Source: Candidatus Obscuribacteraceae bacterium
GTDB lineage: Bacteria > Cyanobacteriota > Vampirovibrionia > Obscuribacterales > Obscuribacteraceae
Length of the DNA: 64,000 nt
NCBI GenBank assembly: GCA_044229845.1
Contig: JBGASG010000012.1
Location: 11,648 to 75,647 of the forward strand
Direction: 5' to 3'
The notes under the pieces are model-generated. The model made no database searches and was not told the DNA's origin. It worked only from the letters and a program-made list of their open reading frames with translations. The position numbers were made by a program, and so were the translations under genes. Positions 43,548-53,284 of this stretch are shown one piece after another. Position 1 is the stretch's first letter, and every line of letters begins with the position of its first letter.

Positions 43548-44369
43548 ATGACCAAATATCTGAACTTACGCCGCATTGCGGCGCGAGTTAGACTGCAGAT
43601 CCGTCAGTGGCGTGCGGCTTTTGACGCTTACGCGCAGAAATGCGTGACGAGCGGCTTCATCCCGTACACCTTCTGGCCGGTCCAGCTTCTCGCAAGATTC
43701 TTGGCGAATCTTATCGTCTTCATCCAGTTGGGTCGCCTGCGCATCATCGGCGCGGAAAACCTGCGACTGCCCGGAAGATTCATCTTCTGCCCCAACCACA
43801 GCTCCATGTTCGACGCTGTCATCATGTACGCCATCATGCGGCGTAACGATGGCCCGCGTTACATGACCGCACTCGAAGAGATGCGCGGTCTCTGGGGCTT
43901 GAAGGCAATCGCGATGGGAGCCATGGGTTGCTTCCCGGTTGATCGTTCCAAGGGAAAGAGTGTCATCGAGCCGGCCATCAACATGGTGGTCAATGGTGGC
44001 TCGCTGGTCATCTTCCCCGAAGGCAAGATCAGCCCCACTGGAGAATGCCTGCCCTTCAAAATGGGCCCCGCAATCATCGGCCTCACGGCGATGGAGCGTC
44101 TCGGCGGTCTCGGCGGCACCGAAAGGGTTGCCATCGTGCCCATCAACCTCCATTACCACAAGCGCGATGTTGCCACTGCCACTAAGTTCTTCACCGAGTG
44201 CGGTTTGAAGTGGCGTGGGGGCGTGACGGTCACCGTCGGTGAACCGATCTACCTCAACGACCTCAACACCACACATCCCGAAGACGTGATGGCGGTTGCG
44301 CACCGTTTCGTTTGCCGTGCCCAGGCCCGTGCCAACGCGATGGGGTGCCCGTGTGATGGGAATCGATAA
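43548..44369 (+). CDS. 1-acyl-sn-glycerol-3-phosphate acyltransferase family (PlsC-like)
   Basis: CPNHSSMFD (NHxxxxD), GCFPVDRS and VIFPEGKIS (FPEG) acyltransferase motifs. Confidence 0.85.
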   Translation: MTKYLNLRRIAARVRLQIRQWRAAFDAYAQKCVTSGFIPYTFWPVQLLARFLANLIVFIQLGRLRIIGAENLRLPGRFIFCPNHSSMFDAVIMYAIMRRNDGPRYMTALEEMRGLWGLKAIAMGAMGCFPVDRSKGKSVIEPAINMVVNGGSLVIFPEGKISPTGECLPFKMGPAIIGLTAMERLGGLGGTERVAIVPINLHYHKRDVATATKFFTECGLKWRGGVTVTVGEPIYLNDLNTTHPEDVMAVAHRFVCRAQARANAMGCPCDGNR

Positions 44370-44947
44370 CCTTCGCCAGACTACGCGAAGCATCTGCTCC
44401 GTGCAGTGTTCTCGCATCCACCTGGAGAATCAGCCGTTCCTCGAATCCTCGAGGATTCTGCGTCTCCTCAACCGCAGGACTACACATCCTGTGCAATGCA
44501 GGACTTTGCTTTCCGCTCAGCTCAGGACCTTGAGTCCGGTGCTCCGCAGAAAACGTCGCCCTGTTAACTATGGGACTGAGTGTCCCGGTCCGCCACCAAT
44601 ACGACAGGGTAGGGGTATGGATTCACACTGGCGGCCTGGTAGCGGGTGGTGTTCATGAGTGCAGCAATGCTGTATCCATGGGCGCCCCCGCTACTGGCCG
44701 CTGTTGTGAGGACGTGCTCTTACCCCGTCGGTGGACCTTCCCCCCGACTCACCCCCCCACCCCAATTTTTAAAAACCTGTTCTACTATTTTTTTTAGTAT
44801 TCTATTGCGTCAGTTCTGACGCAGAAGGAGCCAATTTTGCTTGCCAACCCACGTACGCAGGCAAACTGACAAGCAAAATCGACGCTGGCTGCATCAAAAC
44901 TGACGCAACCAGCTTTCGCTTTCGCGTTCGCGGTTCGACTCCCCCGG

Positions 44948-46072
44948 TTAGCCGGAGTTGGCGTTTTTCGCGCGTCGGCGATTGTCCATCGCGACTCGTT
45001 TCCAACGCTTGCGCTCCTCTACCGCCAGCCGCTGATCGGTTTTGCGCTGGTTGTATGCTAGCTCGCGACTCAGTTGCCGGTACGTCTCGAAGTCGCTCTC
45101 GCTGAGCGCCCCACTTTGCAGCGCCTCCAGCACGGCGCATCCGGGTTCGCTGGTGTGGATGCAGTCGATGAAACGACAAGACTCCGCTAGCTCCGAAACA
45201 GTTGGCATCAGCGAGTCCAGCGTTTCCTCATCGCAGATCAGTCCGACCTGGCGCAGCCCGGCCGTGTCGATGATCATGCCTCCGCCATCCGGCACGAAGA
45301 ACAGTTCGCTCCCCGATGTCGTATGGCGACCGCGTTGATCGACCCCCCGAATGTCGCCGGTTTTCTGCACATCGGCATCAAGCAGCGCGTTCACGAGAGT
45401 CGATTTGCCGACTCCGGACGACCCCAGAAAGACAGCTGTCTTTCCCGCCGGCAGCATGCTGCGAATCTCGCCCAGTCCCCGACCGGACACAGTGCTGGCG
45501 AAGATGCGACGCACTTCTGGAAAAGTCGCCTCGACATCATTCAGCGCCGCGCTCAACTCGGCATAGTCGTCGCTGTCCACATCGCACGCGTCGAACAGGT
45601 CCATCTTCGAAAAGACGAACACCAACTCGACTCCGCCCTGCATCGCCAGCAAAACATAACGGCGCAGCCGGTTGACGTTGAGATCGCGGTTGACTGAAGT
45701 GACCACGAACATCACGTCAACGTTGGCGGCCAACGTCTGGTGATCGCTGGTTAATCCGGCTGCTGCGCGCGTTATGAAAGTGCGGCGAGGGAGCACAGTT
45801 TCGATGACAGCAGCAGCTTCGTTGCTTTCGTCCACGAAACGCTCACCCATCACACACCAATCGCCGACAACGACGTCTAGCGGCGCCTCCGAGTAACCAT
45901 GCCGCAGCCGGGCAGGCAGGTACAGATTGACCCGCTCGCCGCCCACAGCCGTCAGCGCCGGTGCAGTTTGCCTGTGTCGCGCCACGACTCTGCATAAGTT
46001 TTTCAATTCGTACTGTTGTTGATCCAGAGCTGATGCCCATTCCGAGGGCCAGCCCAAAGCAAAATGATCCAC
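44948..46072 (-). CDS. rsgA: ribosome small-subunit-dependent GTPase A
   Basis: GTG 46072 follows GAAGGAGTGTCAGA (SD). It has a circularly permuted GTPase (VFSKMDL then GSSGVGKSTLVNALL), GRHTTS, DTAGLR and the zinc knuckle CRFIDCIHTSEPGCAV. Confidence 0.92.
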   Translation of the reverse strand: MDHFALGWPSEWASALDQQQYELKNLCRVVARHRQTAPALTAVGGERVNLYLPARLRHGYSEAPLDVVVGDWCVMGERFVDESNEAAAVIETVLPRRTFITRAAAGLTSDHQTLAANVDVMFVVTSVNRDLNVNRLRRYVLLAMQGGVELVFVFSKMDLFDACDVDSDDYAELSAALNDVEATFPEVRRIFASTVSGRGLGEIRSMLPAGKTAVFLGSSGVGKSTLVNALLDADVQKTGDIRGVDQRGRHTTSGSELFFVPDGGGMIIDTAGLRQVGLICDEETLDSLMPTVSELAESCRFIDCIHTSEPGCAVLEALQSGALSESDFETYRQLSRELAYNQRKTDQRLAVEERKRWKRVAMDNRRRAKNANSG

Positions 46073-46150
46073 TCTGACACTCCTTCAAGTGACATCGCTT
46101 TCAAATATTTAGCGTTAAAGAGTGGTCGACGAGGAAGCCGCGCTCAAGCG

Positions 46151-46201
46151 TCAGCTGCGGGTGCGCACGAAGACCACTGCCATTACTTTTTCATTTTTCA
46201 T
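46151..46201 (-). CDS. 16-codon upstream ORF (MKNEKVMAVVFVRTRS) ahead of rsgA
   Basis: GGAAGGAGGCCACC-ATG gives a near-perfect SD at 5-nt spacing. The ORF ends 78 nt upstream of the rsgA start. No homology evidence. Confidence 0.3.
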   Translation of the reverse strand: MKNEKVMAVVFVRTRS

Positions 46202-46342
46202 GGTGGCCTCCTTCCATTAATGCGGCACATTCTCTGCGCCGCGATTTGTCGTAAGCGAGCATTGTAACCCATTTTGCAATTGCTGCTATACTCGTTCTGC
46301 TGTGCGCAGCAAAAAAAGTTTGCACCATAAGGATTTTCATTA

Positions 46343-46366
46343 ATGATCGACATGACACAAGGCTAA
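46343..46366 (+). promoter_or_regulatory. 7-codon leader ORF (MIDMTQG) upstream of the ABC-F gene
   Basis: AAGGA lies 9 nt upstream of ATG ATC GAC ATG ACA CAA GGC TAA. The stop is 4 nt before the terminator hairpin. Confidence 0.45.
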
Positions 46367-46370
46367 ATCG

Positions 46371-46402
46371 GCTCAGGCATTAACTCCTGAGCGTTTCTCT
46401 TC
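46371..46402 (+). terminator. leader terminator/attenuator hairpin upstream of the ABC-F gene
   Basis: GCTCAGG-CATTAACT-CCTGAGC forms a 7-bp perfect stem, followed by GTTTCTCTTCC. It ends about 20 nt before the ABC-F start (GGAGG SD at 46411). Confidence 0.5.
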
Positions 46403-46421
46403 CTGCTCATGGAGGTAGCTT

Positions 46422-48071
46422 ATGCTGCGTGTCATAGATCTGCGTAAAGACTACGGCGATCGAATATTGTTCGAGGGCGCCGCTTTCAGCGTTTCCCCCG
46501 GCGAAAAAATCGGTATCGTCGGTCCCAACGGCTGCGGAAAAACAACGCTCCTGAAAATGATCCAGAACGCCGCAACAATCGATGGCGGCGTCGTTTCGTT
46601 CGTCGGCAATCCTAGCGTTGCGTTTCTTCCACAACACATACTCGACTTCGGCGGCGAAACCACTGTCGGCGACCTGCTGTCCCCGGCGTTCGTCCGAGCA
46701 TCGGCTCAGTTGTCTTTGATCGAGAAGAAACTGCAACACGACGCCGCCGACGAAGTCGCCATGGCGGCTTACAATCGCGCGTACGAGACATTCGAAGCCG
46801 CCGGCGGATACGCATTCGCGGGCAAACTCGATGCTTTGATGCGCGACCTGGGCTTGTCCGCGGCGATTGACCTGTCGCGAAACCTGGCCACTTTGAGCGG
46901 CGGACAACTGACGAAACTGGCGCTTGCCCGCGTTCTGCTTCAAGACGCGGACCTCCTGCTGCTGGATGAACCGACCAACAACCTGGACTTAGCTTCACTG
47001 CAGTGGCTGGAAAAATCGCTTGCGGCCTGCCCTTCGGCGTGCCTGATCGTTTCCCACGACCGACACTTCCTCGATCAGATCACCACACGCACACTGGTTA
47101 TCGACCCGCAAACCGCGACTGTGGCTGATTACGGCGGCAACTACTCCTTTTACAGGATGCGGCGGCAACAAGACGTCGAACGCCAGTGGCGCGAATTCGA
47201 AGTGCAGCAGCGCAAGATTCGTCGCCTCACCGAGGATGTGCGCGCGGTCAAACAACAAGCTGAGGCTACCGAAAACACGACCGTCAACGACTACTTGCGC
47301 GGGCGTTCGAAGAAAGTCGCGGCTAAAGCGAAGGCACGAGAGAATCGTCTCAATCGCATCATCGAACAGGAGAAGATCGAGAAGCCACGCGACCCCGAAC
47401 AAATGCACATGCGGTTGCGTTTGCACGGGCGCCGACAATATGATTCGCCGCTGCTCGTGGCGCGGGACATCGATTTCACATACGAGCAGCCCATTTTGAC
47501 TAAAGCCAGTTTCGAAATCGTGGGATCGGCGCGCATACTGCTTTCCGGCGACAACGGTTGCGGCAAATCCACGCTCCTCAAAATAATCACGGGCGAGCTC
47601 GCACCAGCGTCCGGTTTCCTGACCCGCAAGCCGACTGCCAAAATCTGCTACCTGCCGCAACAACAAGAAACACTAGACGCCGGCGACGGCACGCAGAACG
47701 CGCTGGAGTTTCTGCGCGCCCAAGCCGGCACCCGCAAATGGGCATCCGACGCCGAGCTGCGCACGTTTCTTCACCGGTTTCAGTTCGGCGGCGAGCAGGT
47801 GTTTGAGCCAGTGAGAAACCTCAGTCGCGGCGAACGCACCAAACTAATGCTGGCAGCATTCATGGCCCTGGAGCCCGATTTACTGATCATGGATGAACCG
47901 ACAAACCACCTCGACCTGTCCACTGCAGAATTGCTGGAGGAGGCACTGGATCAGTTTCAGGGCGCTCTGCTGGTCGTCAGTCACGATCGCTATTTCATCG
48001 AGAGAATTGCGCCGCACTACATATGGTGCCTGGCGCAAGCACAGCTGGTGCCCACAGTCACATGGAGGTAA
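46422..48071 (+). CDS. ABC-F family ATPase (two NBDs, ~80-aa basic interdomain linker, no TM domain)
   Basis: Walker A motifs are GPNGCGKTT and GDNGCGKST. Signatures are LSGGQLTKL and LSRGERTKL. Walker B motifs are LLLLDEPTN and LLIMDEPTN. The linker reads QRKIRRLTEDVRAVKQQAEATENT...KAKARENRLNRIIEQEKIEKP. Confidence 0.9.
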   Translation: MLRVIDLRKDYGDRILFEGAAFSVSPGEKIGIVGPNGCGKTTLLKMIQNAATIDGGVVSFVGNPSVAFLPQHILDFGGETTVGDLLSPAFVRASAQLSLIEKKLQHDAADEVAMAAYNRAYETFEAAGGYAFAGKLDALMRDLGLSAAIDLSRNLATLSGGQLTKLALARVLLQDADLLLLDEPTNNLDLASLQWLEKSLAACPSACLIVSHDRHFLDQITTRTLVIDPQTATVADYGGNYSFYRMRRQQDVERQWREFEVQQRKIRRLTEDVRAVKQQAEATENTTVNDYLRGRSKKVAAKAKARENRLNRIIEQEKIEKPRDPEQMHMRLRLHGRRQYDSPLLVARDIDFTYEQPILTKASFEIVGSARILLSGDNGCGKSTLLKIITGELAPASGFLTRKPTAKICYLPQQQETLDAGDGTQNALEFLRAQAGTRKWASDAELRTFLHRFQFGGEQVFEPVRNLSRGERTKLMLAAFMALEPDLLIMDEPTNHLDLSTAELLEEALDQFQGALLVVSHDRYFIERIAPHYIWCLAQAQLVPTVTWR

Positions 48072-48188
48072 CCAGGTAACCGTCTGCAGAAAACCGCGCG
48101 ATCACATTCAGTACGAATTCGACAAATCTTTTGGATAGCTCGCTAAAGTAGTGAGTTCAATTCGAACGCGCAATCAGCGGGGTGAACC

Positions 48189-49217
48189 ATGGAATACAGA
48201 CAGTTTGGCAATTCGGGATTGAAAGTGCCGGTGCTCAGTTTCGGCGCCGGAACGTTCGGCGGCGGCAACGATTTTTTCAAAGCCTGGGGCGCCACAGATG
48301 ATGTCAACGCAGCCAAGCGCATGGTGGACATTTGTCTTGATGCCGGCATCAACTTCTTCGATACTGCCGACATCTATTCCATCGGCACATCCGAAGAAAT
48401 CCTCGGCAAAGCCATCGGCAAACGCCGCGACAAGTGCCTGATTTCGACGAAAGCCACCTTCAAGATGAGCGATGATCCCAACGACATCGGCTCCTCGCGT
48501 TTCCACCTTATCAAGTCCTGCGATGCCAGCTTGAAGCGCCTGGGCACTGACTACATCGACGTTTATTTCATGCACGGCTTCGACGCCCTGACGCCCGTTG
48601 ACGAAGTGGTCAGCACACTCGACGGACTGGTCAAATCGGGCAAGGTGCGCTACATCGGCTGCTCCAACTTCTCAGGTTGGCACCTGATGAAGTCGCTGGA
48701 TGTCGCCGAGCGCTACGGCTGGTCGCGTTATGTGTCGCATCAGGCGTACTACTCTTTGATAGGCAGAGAATACGAGTGGGAGTTGATGCCGCTGGCACTT
48801 GATCAGAAAGTCGCCACCATGGTCTGGAGCCCGCTTGGCTGGGGTCGCCTGACCGGTAAAATCCGCCGCGGACAGCCGCTGCCCAAAGACAGCCGCCTGC
48901 ACGGCACCGCCGACTACGGCCCGCCCGTCGACGACGAGTACCTGTACCGCGTTGTAGACGCTCTCGACGAAATCGCCAAGGAAACCGGCAAGTCGGTGGC
49001 GCAAATTTCGCTCAACTGGCTTCTGCAGCGCCCGACCGTGGCTAACATCATTGTCGGAGCAAGAAACGAAGAACAGCTGAAACAGAACCTGGGCGCCATC
49101 GGTTGGAATCTGAGCGCAGAGCAAATCGCCAAACTGGACGAAGCCAGCGCCATAACGCCGGCTTATCCTTACTGGCACCAGCACCAGTTCAAAGAGCGCA
49201 ATCCGTTGCCGGTTTGA
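48189..49217 (+). CDS. aldo/keto reductase family oxidoreductase
   Basis: MEYRQFGNSGLKVPVLSFGAGTFGG, INFFDTADIY, LISTKA, YIDVYFMHGFD, RYIGCSNF and a C-terminal IVGARN pattern. Confidence 0.9.
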   Translation: MEYRQFGNSGLKVPVLSFGAGTFGGGNDFFKAWGATDDVNAAKRMVDICLDAGINFFDTADIYSIGTSEEILGKAIGKRRDKCLISTKATFKMSDDPNDIGSSRFHLIKSCDASLKRLGTDYIDVYFMHGFDALTPVDEVVSTLDGLVKSGKVRYIGCSNFSGWHLMKSLDVAERYGWSRYVSHQAYYSLIGREYEWELMPLALDQKVATMVWSPLGWGRLTGKIRRGQPLPKDSRLHGTADYGPPVDDEYLYRVVDALDEIAKETGKSVAQISLNWLLQRPTVANIIVGARNEEQLKQNLGAIGWNLSAEQIAKLDEASAITPAYPYWHQHQFKERNPLPV

Positions 49218-49307
49218 TGAAGAAACGGCAGAGTCCTGCCTCTGCCTGACAGCGCAACCGGTGCTAAGCGGATAGAATGAGACCTCTACAAAAGGAGAGG
49301 TCGATCA

Positions 49308-49997
49308 ATGCCGCCCCGGCTCAGAAACGGAATTCCAGTCGCGCTGCTGGCACTCTTGACAGTCGGTGCCGCGTGCGAACCAGCCGTCGCGGCTGACACG
49401 AAGGCGCCCGCCAAGGCTGCCGTTCCGGCGGCGGCGAAACCTGTGGACGCCAAGGCTGGCGCAGCTCCGGCGGCGGCACCGGCGACGAAGCCTCATACCC
49501 CCAGCCCGATCGACAAGACGTTTCTTCAATTGGCAGATTTTCCCGCCGGCTATAAGCTCGTGGAAGAACACTACGGCAGCCTGGGCGACCAGCCCAAAGC
49601 GTTTACAGCCAATAAGGGCGTTGAATCGGGCATCAAGGTCTACGAAGGTCCGCTAGAAGCACCACTCAACAGAATCGTCGACATTCGTTGGACTTTTCCA
49701 ACCGACAAGCAGGCCAAGCAGTTTCTCCAGGATTGCGGCAAACAGCTAGGCGAAGGCGCAGATGAGGCGACCGCCTGGGCAAAGCCGCGCGGTTCGGAAG
49801 GCAGAATATTTGGTGGCGCAAACCCGCTGATGTTGCGCAAGAAAGCACTGATCTATCACTGGTACTACATCTTTCGAGAAGGTCGCGTGGTTGTGAAGCT
49901 GTACGGCTCGGAGGGGCTAATCTCCAAACGGCACCCGCACCCCGACGATATGATTCCCTTCGCAGAAGCCGCAATCAAGCGGTGCAAAGGCTTTTGA
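49308..49997 (+). CDS. secreted hypothetical protein
   Basis: Signal peptide MPPRLRNGIPVALLALLTVGAACEPAVA, then an Ala/Pro/Lys-rich linker and a ~150-aa globular domain. No family recognised. Confidence 0.65.
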   Translation: MPPRLRNGIPVALLALLTVGAACEPAVAADTKAPAKAAVPAAAKPVDAKAGAAPAAAPATKPHTPSPIDKTFLQLADFPAGYKLVEEHYGSLGDQPKAFTANKGVESGIKVYEGPLEAPLNRIVDIRWTFPTDKQAKQFLQDCGKQLGEGADEATAWAKPRGSEGRIFGGANPLMLRKKALIYHWYYIFREGRVVVKLYGSEGLISKRHPHPDDMIPFAEAAIKRCKGF

Positions 49998-50006
49998 CGT
50001 ATCTAT

Positions 50007-51203
50007 ATGAATCCGCACCTCGCTCAGTTGCAGCCCTATCCGTTTGAAAAACTGGCTCGCCTTAAAGAAGGCGTGCAGCCACCTGCCGACTTGCCATCCG
50101 TCCTCCTCTCAGTCGGCGAGCCGAAACACGAAACTCCAGAATTCATCAAAGAAACGCTTGCCTCATCACTCAGCGGCTTATCGAACTATCCGCTGACGGT
50201 CGGTTCCGTCGAACTCCGGGAGGCAATTGCCAAATGGCTGACAGTGCGCTTCTCACTCACATACGTTGATGCAGAGACAAACATTTTGCCGGTCAACGGC
50301 ACGAGAGAGGCGCTTTTCGCGTTTGCTCAGTGTCTGGTGGAACCAGGTCCAGATGCGCTCGTTGCCATGCCCAATCCCTTCTATCAGATTTATGAGGGTG
50401 CGGTGTTGCTGGCCGGCGCCCAGCCATATTTTGTCAACGCCTCGCCCAAGACGGGCTATTTGCCGGACTTTGATGCGGTTCCGGTTGAAATCTGGAAACG
50501 CTGTCAGATGGTATACATCTGCAGTCCATATAATCCGACCGGTGCGGTAATGAGCACGGAACAGCTTCAGAGGCTGATTTTGCTTGCCGACAAACACAAT
50601 TTCGTGATTGCTTCCGATGAGTGTTATTCGGAAATTTATTTCGATGTCGCTCCGCCCGGTCTTCTAGAAGTCGCTGCCGGTCTCGGTCGCCACGATTACA
50701 AAAACTGTGTCGTCTTCCACAGCCTGTCGAAACGATCAAATGTGCCCGGCATGCGTTCGGGTTTCGTCGCCGGCGATGCGCAGCTGCTCGACAAATTTCG
50801 TCTCTATAGAACCTATCACGGATGCGCGATGTCGCCGCCGGTGCAGGCAGCCAGTGCGAAAGCCTGGTCCGACGAAAAGCACGTGGAAGAAAATCGGCGC
50901 CTCTACAAAGAAAAATTTGATGCGGTACTGGCGATTCTACAGCCGATCATGGAAGTAGAACGCCCAGCCGGTGCCTTCTATCTCTGGCCGAAAACACCGG
51001 GCGACGATGCCGATTTCACTCGCGATCTGTTTGCCCAGACCAACATCACCGTTCTCCCTGGTTCTTACCTCTCGCGGTCGGCGCACGGTGCCAACCCCGG
51101 ACAGGGACGAATCAGGATGGCGCTGGTTGCCCCGTACGACCAGTGCGTCGCAGCTGCCCAGCGCATGGCAGCGTTTCTCAGCAAAGTGAAGGAGACTGTA
51201 TGA
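50007..51203 (+). CDS. dapC: succinyldiaminopimelate transaminase (class I/II aminotransferase)
   Basis: The N-terminus [22 protein letters not shown] is typical of proteobacterial-type Dap[15 protein letters not shown] carries the PLP Lys context. It is immediately followed by, and translationally coupled to, dapD and dapE. Confidence 0.8.
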   Translation: MNPHLAQLQPYPFEKLARLKEGVQPPADLPSVLLSVGEPKHETPEFIKETLASSLSGLSNYPLTVGSVELREAIAKWLTVRFSLTYVDAETNILPVNGTREALFAFAQCLVEPGPDALVAMPNPFYQIYEGAVLLAGAQPYFVNASPKTGYLPDFDAVPVEIWKRCQMVYICSPYNPTGAVMSTEQLQRLILLADKHNFVIASDECYSEIYFDVAPPGLLEVAAGLGRHDYKNCVVFHSLSKRSNVPGMRSGFVAGDAQLLDKFRLYRTYHGCAMSPPVQAASAKAWSDEKHVEENRRLYKEKFDAVLAILQPIMEVERPAGAFYLWPKTPGDDADFTRDLFAQTNITVLPGSYLSRSAHGANPGQGRIRMALVAPYDQCVAAAQRMAAFLSKVKETV

Positions 51204-52033
51204 CACAGACCGCCGAGCGTCTGCGCGACTTAATCGAGGCTTCATTCGAGAAGCGCGCCGATATCACGCCACTGTCAGCCGGTAAAGAGCTGAAGCAAGC
51301 CGTGGATGAAACCATCGACGGGCTCGACAACGGTTCATTGCGCGTGGCAGAAAAGCAGGGCAACGAGTGGGTGGTCAACGAATGGGTGAAGAAAGCGGTG
51401 CTGCTCTCTTTTCGCATCTACGACAACCGCATCATGCCGGGCGGTTATACAGAGTACTGGGACAAAGTGCCGGCCAAATACGCCGGTTACAGCGAAGCCA
51501 TGTTCCGGGCCGGCGGGGCGCGCATAGTGCCACCGGCAGCGGTGCGCCGCGGTTCGTACGTGGCGCCTGATGTGATCGTCATGCCTTCCTTCATAAATAT
51601 CGGTGCCTACGTGGACACCGGCACCATGGTCGATACGTGGGCTACGGTAGGCTCGTGCGCTCAGGTCGGCAAGAACGTTCACCTCTCCGGCGGCGCGGGA
51701 ATCGGCGGAGTCCTGGAACCGCTGCAGGCCAAACCGACCATCATCGAAGACAACTGTTTCATCGGAGCCCGCTCCGAGATTGTCGAAGGCGTGATTGTAG
51801 AGACCGGCTCGGTCATCTCTATGGGCGTTTTCATCGGGCAGAGCACGCGCATTTACAATCGCATGACGGGCGAAGTCACGTACGGACGCATTCCGGCGGG
51901 CTCCGTGGTGGTCTCCGGCAACCTGCCCTCGGAAGACGGCAAATACAGCTTGTATTGCGCCGTTATCGTCAAGCAAGTAGACGAGAAAACACGCGGCAAG
52001 GTGAGCTTGAACGAGCTGCTGCGCGATATATGA
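51200..52033 (+). CDS. dapD: 2,3,4,5-tetrahydropyridine-2,6-dicarboxylate N-succinyltransferase
   Basis: ATG 51200 overlaps the dapC stop (ATGA). It reads [24 protein letters not shown]...[13 protein letters not shown], then left-handed beta-helix hexapeptide repeats ([40 protein letters not shown]). Confidence 0.9.
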   Translation: MTQTAERLRDLIEASFEKRADITPLSAGKELKQAVDETIDGLDNGSLRVAEKQGNEWVVNEWVKKAVLLSFRIYDNRIMPGGYTEYWDKVPAKYAGYSEAMFRAGGARIVPPAAVRRGSYVAPDVIVMPSFINIGAYVDTGTMVDTWATVGSCAQVGKNVHLSGGAGIGGVLEPLQAKPTIIEDNCFIGARSEIVEGVIVETGSVISMGVFIGQSTRIYNRMTGEVTYGRIPAGSVVVSGNLPSEDGKYSLYCAVIVKQVDEKTRGKVSLNELLRDI

Positions 52034-53190
52034 GTTCCACGCCTTCTACGACTTCCACAACCTCCTCGCCGACCGCTCGGCTGGCAGTAGCGCTGATTGA
52101 GAAACAGTCGGTGACGCCGGAAGATGCCGGCTGCCAGTCCTTGATTGCCGAGCGTTTGCAGCAGGTCGGGTTTCGCATCGAGCACATAGACCTCGCCGAT
52201 ACGAAAAACCTGTGGGCAACGCACGGCGAGGGTGCACCGCTGATGGTGCTGGTCGGGCACACCGATGTGGTGCCTACCGGTCCCACCAATCTCTGGGGAA
52301 CGCCGCCATTCGAGCCGACTGTGCGCGACGGCGTCCTCTACGGACGTGGCGCCGCCGACATGAAGGGCGCACTGGCTGCGCTCGTGGTGGCGGCAGAGGA
52401 GTTCGCGAAGAAACATGAGAAACATCGCGGCACACTGGCCTTCTTGATCACCAGCGACGAAGAGGCAACCGGCGAAAACGGAACCAAGCCCGTCGTGGAA
52501 AAACTGGCAGCCCGCGGGGATAAAATAGATTACTGCCTGGTTGGGGAACCCTCCTCGGTCGCCACCGTCGGTGATACCGTCAAAGTTGGACGGCGCGGCT
52601 CCATCACCGGCAAGCTGATCGTCAAAGGAGTACAGGGGCACGTAGCTTATCCAGATAAAGCGCGCAACCCAATCCACCTCTTTGCGCCGGCCCTGGCGGC
52701 GTTATGCGCCGCTCAGTGGGATCAGGGCAACGAATTTTTTCCGCCCACATCGTTTCAGGTCTCCAATGTAAATTCAGGGACAGGCGCAGACAACGTTATA
52801 CCGGCGCATCTGGAAGCGTTGATCAACTTTCGTTTCTCCCCGGAAGTCACCCATGAACAATTGCAGCGGCGCGTCGCAGAGATTCTCGATCAGCACAAAC
52901 TGGACTATGAATTGACATGGCGTCTATCGGGAGAGCCTTTCCTCACTCGTGCCGGTGAGCTGGTCGCCGCAGTCAAAGCCGCCGTGGAAGAACATCTCGG
53001 CGTGACACCCGAATTGTCCACATCCGGCGGCACATCCGATGGACGATTCGTCGCCAAGGTCGGCGCCCAGGTAGTGGAGCTGGGACCGATCAACGCCACC
53101 ATCCATAAAGTCAACGAACACGTGCGCCTAGCGGACCTGGACGCACTGACGCGCGCGTATGAAAGCATCTTCGAACGCATGCTGGGATGA
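52030..53190 (+). CDS. dapE: succinyl-diaminopimelate desuccinylase (M20)
   Basis: ATG 52030 overlaps the dapD stop (ATGA). The longer track ORF from 51637 is an upstream out-of-context extension. Motifs: [27 protein letters not shown] and a C-terminal [10 protein letters not shown]. Confidence 0.9.
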   Translation: MSSTPSTTSTTSSPTARLAVALIEKQSVTPEDAGCQSLIAERLQQVGFRIEHIDLADTKNLWATHGEGAPLMVLVGHTDVVPTGPTNLWGTPPFEPTVRDGVLYGRGAADMKGALAALVVAAEEFAKKHEKHRGTLAFLITSDEEATGENGTKPVVEKLAARGDKIDYCLVGEPSSVATVGDTVKVGRRGSITGKLIVKGVQGHVAYPDKARNPIHLFAPALAALCAAQWDQGNEFFPPTSFQVSNVNSGTGADNVIPAHLEALINFRFSPEVTHEQLQRRVAEILDQHKLDYELTWRLSGEPFLTRAGELVAAVKAAVEEHLGVTPELSTSGGTSDGRFVAKVGAQVVELGPINATIHKVNEHVRLADLDALTRAYESIFERMLG

Positions 53191-53284
53191 TATCGACTAT
53201 CAGTCAGGAATGTGGATTGAGACCACTGGGCAGATACACCCCTCGTGTGGACAATAGATCTGGGAAGGCAGCGTCAGACGACAG

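Noticed and set aside
43566-44417. 283-aa minus-strand ORF
   Set aside because: It is antisense to the PlsC-family acyltransferase, which has NHxxxxD and FPEG motifs on the plus strand.
44835-44867. 10-codon plus-strand ORF (TTG start after GAAGGAG) inside the structured intergenic segment
   Set aside because: The SD-like GAAGGAG and the TTG lie within strongly paired hairpin arms. There is no independent evidence of translation, so I mention it only as part of the structured-region finding.
44921-44947. tRNA/tmRNA T-arm-like string CGCGGTTCGACTCCCCC just downstream of the rsgA stop
   Set aside because: GGTTCGACTCC looks like a T-loop, but the flanking 5-nt segments (CGCGG / CCCCC) do not form a T-stem. 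No acceptor stem, anticodon arm or CCA context can be built on either strand.
51637-52029. N-terminal 131 codons of the 517-aa track ORF 51637..53190
   Set aside because: This part overlaps dapD in another frame and translates to an Arg/Gly-rich string. The dapE homology starts at ATG 52030, which overlaps the dapD stop (ATGA).
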